Virus record (IMG/VR): IMGVR_UViG_3300048581_000044
Span: 1-64,000 of that record
Strand: one strand, 5' to 3'
DNA length: 64,000 nt
Source of the DNA: a virus
Lineage: Duplodnaviria; Caudoviricetes
Shown: piece after piece, positions 25,653 through 35,390 of the stretch
Layout: every line of letters starts with the position of its first letter
Numbering within the stretch: the first letter of the stretch is position 1
The notes under the pieces: model-generated
What the model was told of the DNA's origin: nothing
The model's database searches: none
Seen by the model: only the letters and a program-made list of their open reading frames with translations
Translations under genes and position numbers: made by a program

Positions 25653-26003
25653 ATGCAAGTCAAAATTATAGAAATCCGTGATGAAGCCACCTACATTGCG
25701 GCCCTCTGTGTCGATATGAACCCTGATCTAGATGACGACAGTACGCAACGCTACTACCTCCGCCGCGAAGGCTATCCCTGCAACGGCGAACCCAACATCC
25801 TAATCACCCGCCTCTCAGCTGATGGCACGCCAGCCACCAACGATCCCTATTACTGGCAAGGCCGCACATGGCCTAACGCACACCATTACATTCTCGAACA
25901 CTGGGCTGAGCTTGAAAACGGCAGCGTTGTTGATGTGTCTTATATTCTTGGTGAGACTGACACGCCTAAGATCAGCGAGCGTTTTACAGCTTCTAGCTTC
26001 TAG
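25653..26003 (+). CDS. Hypothetical phage protein
   Basis: AGGAG RBS; NDPYYW...W motif. Confidence 0.65.
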   Translation: MQVKIIEIRDEATYIAALCVDMNPDLDDDSTQRYYLRREGYPCNGEPNILITRLSADGTPATNDPYYWQGRTWPNAHHYILEHWAELENGSVVDVSYILGETDTPKISERFTASSF

Positions 26004-26021
26004 CTTCTAAGGATTTTCAAA

Positions 26022-27203
26022 ATGATCGTCTTCAAAAACCCCGGTCTTATCGACTTAGACGCCGCTTTCACAATGGGTGTCAACGCCAAGCTAACAGACA
26101 ACGCCTTTGGCTTTTTTGGAACAGGCTTAAACTACAGCGTTGGTGTGCTTCTTCGCACATGCCACGAGGTTATTATCTATCGCGGTACTGAGCGCTTTAC
26201 GCTAACAACTAAAACACTTGAATCACGAGGCAAGACTTTCCAACGTATATATCTGAACGATGCGCCTCTCGGCTTTACGACCGAACTCGGCAAGAAATGG
26301 GAACTCTGGCAAGCTTATCGGGAGCTGTACTGCAACTGCATGGACGAGAACGGGAGCGTCTTTAAAGCCGATAGCTTTGAGCCGCAAGCCGATGAAACTG
26401 CCGTCATCGTAATCGGCTCGCTTTTCGAAGACCTCTTTTCTGAAAGCGCTGAATTCATCCTCGCCACGCAGCCTATCAAAAAGCTCAAAGGCTTAGAAAT
26501 CCATCCCGGTGCAAGCCGCACGATTTTCTATCGTGGTATCGCTGTTGGACGCTTTGCCGAAAACAAAGCCCCCCTCCACACTTATAACATCACCGATTTT
26601 CTCAGTCTCACAGAAGACCGCACGGCGAAATACAACTGGGAAGTCGAGCAGTTTATCGCTAAGGCTCTACATACGGCGGATGACGAAAAGCTGATCGAAG
26701 AAACCGTTCACAGTCCCAAAGGCTCGCTTGAACGCACCATCGATCATTGCTTCCTTGGCACCACGCCCTCCCCCGTCTTCCTAGCTGTTGTCGAGCGCCT
26801 GCAGCGTACACACGCTGACGACATGAACGAGAGCGCTGTTGTTCACGCTAATGCGTATCGGCCGCTTCCTCCCATTCAATCTTTTGAACTCGGCGCCATG
26901 GAGCAGACTCAATTTGCCACAGCCGTGTGCTTTCTTGTCGATCTTGGCTACAACGTGCAAGATCACCCGATTAAATTTGTCGAATCGCTCGGGACGGGCA
27001 TTTATGGCACAGCTTCTTGTGGCGAGATCACACTAACTCGCCATGCCTTTATCACTGGAACCAGGCAGCTTGCCATCACGCTCTTAGAGGAGCACTTGCA
27101 CCTAACAACCGGCCTAAGTGACATGACTCGTGCTTTCCAGGATCGCATCTTGCACGAGCTTGTTATGCTTGGCGAACGGCGTGTTTTGGGACATGCGTTA
27201 TGA
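26022..27203 (+). CDS. GHKL (HATPase-like) domain phage protein
   Basis: FKNPG, MGVNAK, FGFFGTGL, AYRELYCNCMDENG. Confidence 0.7.
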   Translation: MIVFKNPGLIDLDAAFTMGVNAKLTDNAFGFFGTGLNYSVGVLLRTCHEVIIYRGTERFTLTTKTLESRGKTFQRIYLNDAPLGFTTELGKKWELWQAYRELYCNCMDENGSVFKADSFEPQADETAVIVIGSLFEDLFSESAEFILATQPIKKLKGLEIHPGASRTIFYRGIAVGRFAENKAPLHTYNITDFLSLTEDRTAKYNWEVEQFIAKALHTADDEKLIEETVHSPKGSLERTIDHCFLGTTPSPVFLAVVERLQRTHADDMNESAVVHANAYRPLPPIQSFELGAMEQTQFATAVCFLVDLGYNVQDHPIKFVESLGTGIYGTASCGEITLTRHAFITGTRQLAITLLEEHLHLTTGLSDMTRAFQDRILHELVMLGERRVLGHAL

Positions 27204-27388
27204 GACCTTATCTCGGCCCCATTACCCTTAGCGACGGCCGTCAGGGGCGGCTCATTTGCGACGACGTTAAAGACGCATGGCCTTTATATGCCTTGATCTT
27301 AGACAAAAACGGCAAAGAATACGGAATGCCTTTTGACGAATTTGGTAGACAAGGCACCGCAGGAATTCATATAAAAAGCTGCGATTAA
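27200..27388 (+). CDS. Small hypothetical protein
   Basis: ATGA overlap. Confidence 0.5.
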   Translation: MRPYLGPITLSDGRQGRLICDDVKDAWPLYALILDKNGKEYGMPFDEFGRQGTAGIHIKSCD

Positions 27389-27445
27389 GCCTTATCACCC
27401 ACTTGACAGCTTTCCATTCCCACTTCTAAGATGAGTCAAAATCCC

Positions 27446-27718
27446 ATGCCAAAGCTCAAGCTCACAACCGCTGATGTTCAAATCATCAAACGCCGAATCT
27501 GGAACGGGGAAACCCGTGAGGCGCTTGCGAAGGAATTTAGCATTTCGGTTAGCGAGCTTTGCAGCATTGGAGCAGGGTTTAGGTGGAAAACCGTAGCATG
27601 GCCGGATGGCTCAGATGGAGCCCTCCCGGACGCGCGTAAAGCAAAGATAGCAAGCGCGAGATTGCGCTTGAAGGCTAAGTATAAGAAGCATATGCAACAG
27701 GAATTGCACGTGCGTTAA
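27446..27718 (+). CDS. HTH DNA-binding protein
   Basis: KLTTADVQIIK...REALAKEFSISVSELCSI; TTGACA-18-TAAGAT promoter at 27403-27432. Confidence 0.6.
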   Translation: MPKLKLTTADVQIIKRRIWNGETREALAKEFSISVSELCSIGAGFRWKTVAWPDGSDGALPDARKAKIASARLRLKAKYKKHMQQELHVR

Positions 27719-27747
27719 AAGCTAACCGTTTGAGGAGACCATTTCAA

Positions 27748-28362
27748 ATGTCCGAATCCTTTCGCCTAACTCGTGAAATGCGTGTGACTCTCACAGAACG
27801 AATCCTTGCTCATCGTTTTAAAGAGCGTGAAGACGCTCTAAAATACCGTTTCGCTACACTCGCAATTGCCTGCTACAAAAAGCAGTACAACGCCAAGCAG
27901 ATCGCACTTATGGAATCCCTTCCAGAAGGCTGGCTTCATACCAATACAGGTCTCAACGTCGCTTTTGGCGAAGCCAGTGATGGCTATGCGTTCTTAAGCT
28001 TTTCGCCTGCTTCCCCTGGTGCCTACATGTCACGCGACAACGGCCATACAGAATTCCGCTTCCCACGCTGTGACAAAGGCCAGTGTCGTCTTAAACTTCC
28101 CGACAACCACGCTCTTTCGACAACGTATTTTAAGCTACACAGCCAATGGGAAGAGCTTAAGAAGGAAAGGTCAGCCCTTTACAACGAAGTCCGCGGTACG
28201 CTCGGCTCTTTCTCTGCCACAAGCACGCTGTTAGACAAATGGCCTGAAGTTGCTCCCTTCCTTAAGGGCCTCGCGCCAGTTGTCTCGAAAAACCTCCCTG
28301 CTATTGTCGTCAAAGACCTTAACAAGCGGCTTGGCTTAACGACTGTAGTCGCTACGGCCTGA
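27748..28362 (+). CDS. Nucleotide-modification-associated domain 5 (Nmad5)-like protein
   Basis: RLTREMR...ILAHRF N-terminus and TL.S...LLDKWPE C-terminus. Confidence 0.6.
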   Translation: MSESFRLTREMRVTLTERILAHRFKEREDALKYRFATLAIACYKKQYNAKQIALMESLPEGWLHTNTGLNVAFGEASDGYAFLSFSPASPGAYMSRDNGHTEFRFPRCDKGQCRLKLPDNHALSTTYFKLHSQWEELKKERSALYNEVRGTLGSFSATSTLLDKWPEVAPFLKGLAPVVSKNLPAIVVKDLNKRLGLTTVVATA

Positions 28363-28419
28363 TCCTTCTTCCCTGTACAACGCCTCTAACCCTAACCCCC
28401 TCTTCTGGAGTCCCACTCA

Positions 28420-28920
28420 ATGCCCAAAACCCTCGTCCACGTCCGCCGGTCCAAAGCCGACAAAAACCCCGTCTCTGTCTCCTTCGATTTTGGAGATTCC
28501 TTGGCTGAATCCTCTGCCAAATTCGACGGCGCGCTGGCTATCGAAAAGGTCGTTCATGGTCTTTTTCTCACTGCCGCCAAGCAGCAGCTTCGCGATTTTG
28601 TTTTCAACCTCCTCGTCCCGGCCGCTCCCAAGCCGCGTAAAGTTCGTAAGCTGAAGAAGGGCGAGCTTCCCCCGCCTGTCCACGAAGCTCCCAAGCCCCT
28701 CACACCGGCTGAGATTCAGGAACGTGTCAACGCCTGGAAGCCCACGATTCAACGTCGTAGCAAGGCCACAGTGAACAAGGTGGCAAAGCTGGTTGGGAAG
28801 CTGTCTGAAGAAGAGAAGGCGGCTTTCTTGGCGCAGCTTGGTATCACGAATGAGGCTGAGTCTGCCGATGAAGCTGAACAGCACAAGCCTATTGGTGAAA
28901 GCCAGTACGACACTGAATAG
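28420..28920 (+). CDS. Basic hypothetical protein
   Basis: GGAG RBS; 166 aa. Confidence 0.6.
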   Translation: MPKTLVHVRRSKADKNPVSVSFDFGDSLAESSAKFDGALAIEKVVHGLFLTAAKQQLRDFVFNLLVPAAPKPRKVRKLKKGELPPPVHEAPKPLTPAEIQERVNAWKPTIQRRSKATVNKVAKLVGKLSEEEKAAFLAQLGITNEAESADEAEQHKPIGESQYDTE

Positions 28921-28969
28921 CATTTCACGAAATTGCGGCGTGAATTAATACGTCGAAGTTTGAGGCTCC

Positions 28970-29050
28970 TGTTTCATAGCTCCGCCCCCACCTAGCTATG
29001 AGGCGCATGTTTCATAACTTGGGGCGGTCTCCGCCCCCAATCATTTTTTC
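28970..29050 (+). promoter_or_regulatory. Two-hairpin attenuator-like element upstream of the NYN gene
   Basis: TCATAGCT/AGCTATGA stem with loop CCGCCCCCACCT, then TTGGGGCGG-TCT-CCGCCCCCAA followed by a T-run. Confidence 0.5.
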
Positions 29051-29081
29051 ACCCATTCCTTTTCAAAGGCGCTTCCTACCC

Positions 29082-29651
29082 ATGTCTCAAACCACCACCT
29101 GTGTCCTCTCCTATCCGACCGAGCGCCTTGTTCTCTTTATCGACGGGTTTTATCTCTACAGCGCTGCGAAATCCCTTCGCCTCGATATCGATTACCGCGC
29201 TCTCCTCACCACATTCGCCCGTATCGGCCAGCTTATCCACGCCCAAAGCTATCACGCTGTTCTCGATACCCAGGACGATGAAGAAAACCCTCTCCGCCCT
29301 CTGCTCGACTGGCTTGCCTTCAATGGCTTTATCGTCAAGACGAAGCTGCGTAGGGATTTCACCGACAACACAGGTGCCTTTCGTACCAAAGCCAACGTCA
29401 GCGTTGAGATCGCTTGTGACATGCTTCAGGCAGCAGCTTACGCGGATCACCTCGTGCTATTTTCTGGCGAGAACGACCTTATCTATGCGGTCGAGGCGGT
29501 TCAAAAGCTAGGAAAGCGCGTGACGGTTGTAGCGAGTACAACGGCGCAAAACGCGCTCGTGGCGTTGGATTTAAGGAAGCAAGCCGATTGCTTCATGGAG
29601 CTTGAAGATTTGAGAAGCAAGATTGGGAAGACTGCTAACGGGAAGGTTTAA
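29082..29651 (+). CDS. NYN-domain (LabA/DUF88, PIN-like) protein
   Basis: LFIDGFYL, KANVSVEIACDM, LFSGENDL...GKRVTVV, DLRKQADCF. Confidence 0.85.
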   Translation: MSQTTTCVLSYPTERLVLFIDGFYLYSAAKSLRLDIDYRALLTTFARIGQLIHAQSYHAVLDTQDDEENPLRPLLDWLAFNGFIVKTKLRRDFTDNTGAFRTKANVSVEIACDMLQAAAYADHLVLFSGENDLIYAVEAVQKLGKRVTVVASTTAQNALVALDLRKQADCFMELEDLRSKIGKTANGKV

Positions 29652-29666
29652 GAGGAACAAGCTGTT

Positions 29667-29855
29667 ATGAAAATCGCAATAGGTCCGAAAGGTCATCAAA
29701 CAATGATCCGCGTTCTGTTTCACTACTGTGGCTCCGGAAAACGCTGGGGGCGTAGCAAGTTCGCAAATGGGTACAGCCTTAGGCTTGGTTTATTCCATAT
29801 GAGGATATGGTGGCCTCGTGGAAACGATCTCGGCAGCGACTACGCCCCAACCTGA
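29667..29855 (+). CDS. Small hypothetical protein
   Basis: ORF track entry. Confidence 0.45.
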   Translation: MKIAIGPKGHQTMIRVLFHYCGSGKRWGRSKFANGYSLRLGLFHMRIWWPRGNDLGSDYAPT

Positions 29856-29865
29856 GGAACATCTG

Positions 29866-30174
29866 ATGGACTGGGGTAGGTGTAAAAACTGTGGCGGCTA
29901 TGGTTATCTTCCACACCGTTGCGTCGAGTTTGAAGTCTGTTGCGAAGGCGAGGACACCTGGGACACGCAATACGGTGTTGATTATGAAGATGCGCTTGAA
30001 CGTTGGGCCGAACAAGATGACTGTCAAGGTGATTACACGATCATCAAAGCTGGAGAGTGCGGTGATCTTCACGTGTTAATCCGTAATGCGGCACATCCTG
30101 AAGAAGTGAAAAGGTATCACGTCATTGGTGAGACTGTGCCGCAATATCATGCTTATGCAGCAGAAAAAGTTTGA
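29866..30174 (+). CDS. Hypothetical protein with CxxC
   Basis: GAGG RBS; CKNC. Confidence 0.55.
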   Translation: MDWGRCKNCGGYGYLPHRCVEFEVCCEGEDTWDTQYGVDYEDALERWAEQDDCQGDYTIIKAGECGDLHVLIRNAAHPEEVKRYHVIGETVPQYHAYAAEKV

Positions 30175-30186
30175 GGAGTCCTTGTT

Positions 30187-31248
30187 ATGCCTGACGAAGC
30201 AACCGCTTTGATTCCCCTTCGCCTTTACGATAATTCCCGTTTAAGCGACTATAAGAAGTGTCCAAGATACTTTTTATTGCGTCATTGCTACAACTGGACT
30301 CCCACACGCAAACGCCTTCCCCTGATCTTCGGCTCAAGCTGGCACGCCGCGATGGATGTCATCTGGCGCAACTACGCCGCTCCCAAACAGCAATTCGAGC
30401 GTGTGATCGCTGAAGCCTATGCTGCCTTTATAGCAACATGGCAAGAAAACGGGATGCCGCATCCTGACGAGCTTTCGCCTGATGAGATCGATGAATACAC
30501 GCCGAGAATTCCTCAGATCGCGGAGGAAATGCTTTATAACTACATCGAGGCTCGGCAATATATCTTCAAAGACCCGACGTTCAAGCTGATCGATGTCGAA
30601 CAGCCATTTGCTGTGCCACTTGATCCTGACAATGAATCGTTATGGTATGTCGGACGGCTTGATAAGGTTTTTGAACTGCGGAATAAGGTCCTTTTTGGCG
30701 AACATAAGACGACAACTTCTTACCGCAAGAGTCCCACTGTTCCATTCCGTTCCGAATATCTCGACTCATTCAGCCTTTCTAGCCAAATTGACGGCTATCT
30801 CTACAAGCAGCTTATGGAATACGGCGACAAGGCCGGAGGCGTCTACGTTGATGCCGCTTTGGTTCACAAAACCGTTCATGACGGCTTTACGATCATCCCA
30901 ATCGATAAGAAATTCGCTCAGATCGAAGCTTGGCTTTGGACGGCGCATCAGTGGATTGCTGATATTGAACGCAATAAAGCCGTGCTGATCGAACGAAGCG
31001 CGCTTGATCTTAATTATCTAGCAGCGTTCCCGCAAAACACGGGAAGCTGTGGAAATTTTGCAGGCTGCGACTTTGCAGACATCTGCCGCGGCGTGGCGAA
31101 TCCAGCTAAGCTTGAAGAGGTTCCTATGGGATTCAAAATTGAACACTGGAGTCCTTTTGACGCCATGAAGCTTGAAGCAATTGGCTTCACACCGGATCGC
31201 GCGGGTGAGCCACCAAGGCTTAAAGAGCATTTGATTTCGGAAGGTTGA
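30187..31248 (+). CDS. PD-(D/E)XK (RecB/Cas4-like) nuclease
   Basis: YKKCPR, FGSSWH, VEQPF, GRLDKV, EHKTT, QIDGY, C-terminal Cys cluster. Confidence 0.88.
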   Translation: MPDEATALIPLRLYDNSRLSDYKKCPRYFLLRHCYNWTPTRKRLPLIFGSSWHAAMDVIWRNYAAPKQQFERVIAEAYAAFIATWQENGMPHPDELSPDEIDEYTPRIPQIAEEMLYNYIEARQYIFKDPTFKLIDVEQPFAVPLDPDNESLWYVGRLDKVFELRNKVLFGEHKTTTSYRKSPTVPFRSEYLDSFSLSSQIDGYLYKQLMEYGDKAGGVYVDAALVHKTVHDGFTIIPIDKKFAQIEAWLWTAHQWIADIERNKAVLIERSALDLNYLAAFPQNTGSCGNFAGCDFADICRGVANPAKLEEVPMGFKIEHWSPFDAMKLEAIGFTPDRAGEPPRLKEHLISEG

Positions 31249-31270
31249 ATTTTTACACAAGGCAAAAGCT

Positions 31271-31489
31271 ATGGACATTTCGCAGTGCAGGCCCGGTGTT
31301 GTCTGCCGTCATCATTCTGGGCGCGTCTACACGATCTTAGGCGTAGCAAATACAAAAAGCCTAGACTTTTCAAAATTCCCCACGATTGTTTATTATCGTG
31401 GAGCAAACGGTGAGGAATGGGCACGCCTGTTAAAGGATTTTGCTCCAAACTTTTCCGTTTTGTTTGATGGCGCAACTTTAGCTGATTGA
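31271..31489 (+). CDS. DUF1653-like protein
   Basis: HHSGRVYTILGVA...IVYY...WAR..DF. Confidence 0.6.
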   Translation: MDISQCRPGVVCRHHSGRVYTILGVANTKSLDFSKFPTIVYYRGANGEEWARLLKDFAPNFSVLFDGATLAD

Positions 31490-31501
31490 GGAAAGCCTCT
31501 C

Positions 31502-31885
31502 ATGTCTTCCAACGACACCATCCAGCAGCTTATCAGCTCCGTCATAGCGACCAAATCCCTCCCGCCCGACCCTCACCCCGAAGACCCTCGCATGGTCTCG
31601 GCTGGGGCCTTTATCAAACCCGATCTCCCGCACGACTATCTTGTCACAATCCGCTTAACGCCTAATGAATCTCCCGTCGAGACTCCTTTCACCGACCGCC
31701 ATCTAGCACTCCAGCTCTACATGGCCGCACGAATGCGCTTTAACGATTTCTCGCAAGAGCCTGAGAACTTCCTTGTACGGATTTTCTGCGACGGCGAGGA
31801 GTTTTTCAATAACAAGGACCATTCGGCAAGAGGGGCGATTATAGGATCAGGCACGCCGATAAAGTCAGACAGGCGACTGCCATGA
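31502..31885 (+). CDS. Hypothetical protein
   Basis: 127-aa ORF. Confidence 0.55.
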   Translation: MSSNDTIQQLISSVIATKSLPPDPHPEDPRMVSAGAFIKPDLPHDYLVTIRLTPNESPVETPFTDRHLALQLYMAARMRFNDFSQEPENFLVRIFCDGEEFFNNKDHSARGAIIGSGTPIKSDRRLP

Positions 31886-31973
31886 GGCGTGATTGGGAAC
31901 TGTGGGTAGCGGGTGGTTATTTAATAGCTTTGGTGATTGCTTGCCTGATCGTTGTGCTTCATGTGAGGTTCCG

Positions 31974-32330
31974 ATGAACGCCTTTCAAACTGCTGTAGAC
32001 GCCTGGATGGCAGAAATCCTCGGCCCAGAAATCTCTGCCGACAAAACCGAACGTGTTTACCGTTTTCTTGAAGAAGCTTTAGAGCTTGTTCAAGCGCTCG
32101 GCTGTTCAAAATCCGACGTTCTTAAGCTTATCGATTACACTTATAACCGCCCAGAGGGTGAACCTGCGCAAGAAGTCGGCGGGGTTATGATGACTCTTGC
32201 TGCGTTGTGTTCAGCACACGGGATCAAGCTTGATAAAGCTGCCTGGGATGAGCGACATAGATGTTGGGAGCAGCGTAAAAGAATTCGAGCTAAGCAGTTA
32301 AGCAAGCCAAAAGGCTCTCCACTTCCGTAA
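31974..32330 (+). CDS. MazG-like nucleotide pyrophosphohydrolase
   Basis: RFLEEALELVQA...QEVGGV; all-helical acidic motif. Confidence 0.7.
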   Translation: MNAFQTAVDAWMAEILGPEISADKTERVYRFLEEALELVQALGCSKSDVLKLIDYTYNRPEGEPAQEVGGVMMTLAALCSAHGIKLDKAAWDERHRCWEQRKRIRAKQLSKPKGSPLP

Positions 32331-32513
32331 GCTGTTGCGAGCTTGGCGCAGAAGCCAGCTAACCATCTTGAAGCTTTCGCTGCGGCATTTTGCAAAAGCA
32401 CCGCGCTTGATCCACGTGATTGTGCGTTGGTACAGCAGACGGATGGAAACCTCATACGTTGGCGGTTTGAGCCTAAAGAGCGCAGGTCTTCAGTAAGCTA
32501 AGGAGTTCATCTA

Positions 32514-32789
32514 ATGGAATGGCGCCGTTACGATTACAAAGACAAAGCAACTTGGCCGACTGAATCAGGCGCCTATCGTGTAATGGTAAGCGGCAATTCA
32601 GAAAGCTGCGACGGCTACACAGTTTTTGAATACCCTGACTATCCAACATGGGCCGATGTCTTTGAAGATGAAGATGACGACGGCAAGCCTTGTCTTCGAT
32701 TCAACCAAGGCCCCTATGCTGAAGAGCCCGAGACTTTCTTTGCTTATTGCGGACCGTTTGCAATACCACCGCTGCCTGAAAATCTTTAA
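32514..32789 (+). CDS. Hypothetical acidic protein
   Basis: AGGAG RBS. Confidence 0.55.
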   Translation: MEWRRYDYKDKATWPTESGAYRVMVSGNSESCDGYTVFEYPDYPTWADVFEDEDDDGKPCLRFNQGPYAEEPETFFAYCGPFAIPPLPENL

Positions 32790-32800
32790 GGATCGATTTT

Positions 32801-34015
32801 ATGGACATTATGCTTTCAGCCGAACAATCCCTCGCGCTAGACGCAATTGGCGAATGGCTGCAAAACCGTAGCAAGCCTTTCTTTATTCTTCACGGGCCCG
32901 CCGGGACCGGCAAAACCACGGTTGGAAAGTACATCGCGGCACTCCATAACGGCCCTACATATCATATGGCATTTACTGGCAAAGCCGTACAGGTCATGTG
33001 TTCCAAGGGCATGAACGCTAAAACCATCCATGGCTCTATTTATCTCCCAACAGCCGAGCGTCAAGAAGAAGCGCAAGGGCTTGAAACCGAACTTGCCCAA
33101 CTTGCGGCAAAGGAATCCAGAACCCAAGCCGACGAAAAGCGTGAACACAAAATCCGCAAGCGCTTAGAAGAGCTTTATCAGCCCGATTTCGTCCTCCGCC
33201 CCGTCTCTCCCTTTGAACGTAACGGCCTTATCATCTGTGATGAGGTCTCTATGGTCTCGGCGCGTGAAGCTAACGATCTTCTCTCTTTCGGCCTTCCTGT
33301 CCTCGTTCTTGGCGATCCTGGCCAGCTTCCCCCAATCGAAGGCCAAGGGTTTTTCAACCGCAATCCCGACTTCTTCTTGCGCGAAATCCATCGCCAAGCT
33401 CTTGAATCCCCAATCATCCGCCTCGCCATGCTTGCGCGTGAAGGCAAGCCTTTGCCTTTTGGGAAATATGGCGAGTCCTCTGTTATCCACGCCCGAGACA
33501 TCACGAAGGAAGTTGCGCTTAGGGCGACTCAAATCATCACAGGATCGAACAAGGCGCGAATCAACTTCAACAATGAAATCCGCCAGCTCCGCGGCTTCTC
33601 TAGCCGTTACCCGCTCGAAGGTGAGCAAGTGATGTGCCTTCGTAATAACAAGGCTATCGGTATCTTCAACGGCCAGACGTTCGATGTTAAGGCCGATACA
33701 GTTGACGATGATTCAAACCCTGATCTTTATATCAGGCTCTCGTTAGAGTCCGAAGGATTCCTCGACCCTAGCGTCAAAGTCCATCGCGAGTGCTTTCATG
33801 ACATCGATAAGCTCAAGTCATGGCCTTACAAGCGGCGGTCTTATGCTAATGAGTTCACATTTTCATATGCATGTACCGTGCATAAATTCCAAGGCTCGCA
33901 AACGCCTCGTGTGTTGCTTTATCCTGATTTGTTTAAGTGGGATCGGGAGAAATACGCACAACTCACGTACACAGGAATAACCAGAGCGGTTGATTCAGTG
34001 GACATCGCGCTATGA
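32801..34015 (+). CDS. SF1B Dda/RecD-like DNA helicase
   Basis: GPAGTGKTT, CDEVSMV, GDPGQLPP, YACTVHKFQGSQ, YTGITRA. Confidence 0.92.
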   Translation: MDIMLSAEQSLALDAIGEWLQNRSKPFFILHGPAGTGKTTVGKYIAALHNGPTYHMAFTGKAVQVMCSKGMNAKTIHGSIYLPTAERQEEAQGLETELAQLAAKESRTQADEKREHKIRKRLEELYQPDFVLRPVSPFERNGLIICDEVSMVSAREANDLLSFGLPVLVLGDPGQLPPIEGQGFFNRNPDFFLREIHRQALESPIIRLAMLAREGKPLPFGKYGESSVIHARDITKEVALRATQIITGSNKARINFNNEIRQLRGFSSRYPLEGEQVMCLRNNKAIGIFNGQTFDVKADTVDDDSNPDLYIRLSLESEGFLDPSVKVHRECFHDIDKLKSWPYKRRSYANEFTFSYACTVHKFQGSQTPRVLLYPDLFKWDREKYAQLTYTGITRAVDSVDIAL

Positions 34016-34386
34016 CACAGAGCCCCCGACCTTCTTACGTAAAAAAGCGTCTCGTAGTTCTTGAATCACCTTATGCTGGTGACATCGAACGCAACACTGC
34101 CTACGCGCGTGCCTGTGTGAACGACTGCGTTCATCGCGGTGAAGCTGTCCAGGTGTCACATCTTTTATACACTTTGCCCGGAATTCTAAACGACAACTCC
34201 CCAGAAGAACGCCAGCTTGGCATGGAATGCGGCTGGGCTTGGATGCGTGTCGCTGAAGCTGTTGTCGTCTATAGCGACTTTGGGATCAGTCCCGGCATGG
34301 CTTTAGGGATAACACACGCCCTAAGCCTTGGCCTGCTTATCGAATATCGAGTCCTCTCTGACAAGCTTTGGGCACCATTCAAATGA
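34012..34386 (+). CDS. Nucleoside 2-deoxyribosyltransferase-like protein
   Basis: VVLESPYAGDIERN...SHLLY...EAVVVY...ISPGM. Confidence 0.7.
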   Translation: MTQSPRPSYVKKRLVVLESPYAGDIERNTAYARACVNDCVHRGEAVQVSHLLYTLPGILNDNSPEERQLGMECGWAWMRVAEAVVVYSDFGISPGMALGITHALSLGLLIEYRVLSDKLWAPFK

Positions 34387-34625
34387 CTCCAATCGATCTT
34401 GGTACGTACAAAATGCGTAACGGCCTCACAGCCACCGTCATATCGATCTCACGTCGCGTTCCCTGTACAGACAAAACCACCGGTGCCCACGGCTTTGTAG
34501 ACATCGCTTGGGGCGTTGATAGCTTGAACAACACGCATATGTGGGACGTTGCAACTGGCGCACGGCCTCCCTGCGCAGAAGACGAAACCACCCCGCTAGA
34601 CCTTATCGAAAGGATTTCAGAATGA
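34383..34625 (+). CDS. Hypothetical protein
   Basis: ATGA overlaps. Confidence 0.55.
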   Translation: MTPIDLGTYKMRNGLTATVISISRRVPCTDKTTGAHGFVDIAWGVDSLNNTHMWDVATGARPPCAEDETTPLDLIERISE

Positions 34626-34927
34626 AAGCGAAAGCTGTCTTTACCCCGACCGACGAACAGCTCCGCCGTGCTTATACGTTAAAGCCTTTGGCACAGGCTA
34701 TTATCGATACGCGAGAAGCTGTCATACGTGCAGAGACTGTATTAATGAAGGCTAAAGCTGCTTACAAAGACGCTGCGGCGGTAAGCGTAGACGTTCAGAT
34801 TGAGACGCTGGTTTTTTCCAACGACCTTTGCAAGAATCTCGTCGCCAGCTACTGTGTTTATAGCAAAGGGGCTGACTCAGCCGAGCCCGTCTGTATCTTT
34901 TGCGGCTCCTCGCCAAAGGCTCCTTAG
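34622..34927 (+). CDS. Hypothetical protein
   Basis: ATGA overlap; C-terminal CxxC. Confidence 0.55.
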   Translation: MKAKAVFTPTDEQLRRAYTLKPLAQAIIDTREAVIRAETVLMKAKAAYKDAAAVSVDVQIETLVFSNDLCKNLVASYCVYSKGADSAEPVCIFCGSSPKAP

Positions 34928-34929
34928 CC

Positions 34930-35337
34930 ATGCCTATCCAAACACTCGAATTCATCAGCCGCGCTTTTGCGCGTGCTCATCCTAACGATCTTTTCGTCTT
35001 CGGTGATAACCTCGCACGTAATGGCTTTGGCGGACAGGCTAGGGAAATGCGTGGGGAGCCTAACGCTATCGGACTGCCAACAAAGCGCTTGCCCTCTATG
35101 CGTCCTGAAGCTTTTCTATCAGATGCCGACTTGTCTGAGATCACGCGTGTCATCGCCGTCGATTGCTTGCGCCTTATGGATCAGCTCAAGCATGGCGGCG
35201 TTGTTTTTATGTCCTCTCACGGTATTGGAACAGGCCGTGCGCGGCTTGCAGAAAAAGCGCCAAAAATCTTCATTTACTATGATGACTTTTTCGAAACCCT
35301 GCGAAAAATAGCAAAACAGGCCGCCCCTCCCTCTTGA
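34930..35337 (+). CDS. Conserved phage protein (FVFGDN...GGQA...IGLPTK; macro/SLOG-associated type)
   Basis: Recognisable motif string. Confidence 0.6.
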   Translation: MPIQTLEFISRAFARAHPNDLFVFGDNLARNGFGGQAREMRGEPNAIGLPTKRLPSMRPEAFLSDADLSEITRVIAVDCLRLMDQLKHGGVVFMSSHGIGTGRARLAEKAPKIFIYYDDFFETLRKIAKQAAPPS

Positions 35338-35390
35338 CTCAGCTGTCTATCTTTTCGTAGAACTCTCACCCCTAAGAAGACTTTTCATTT

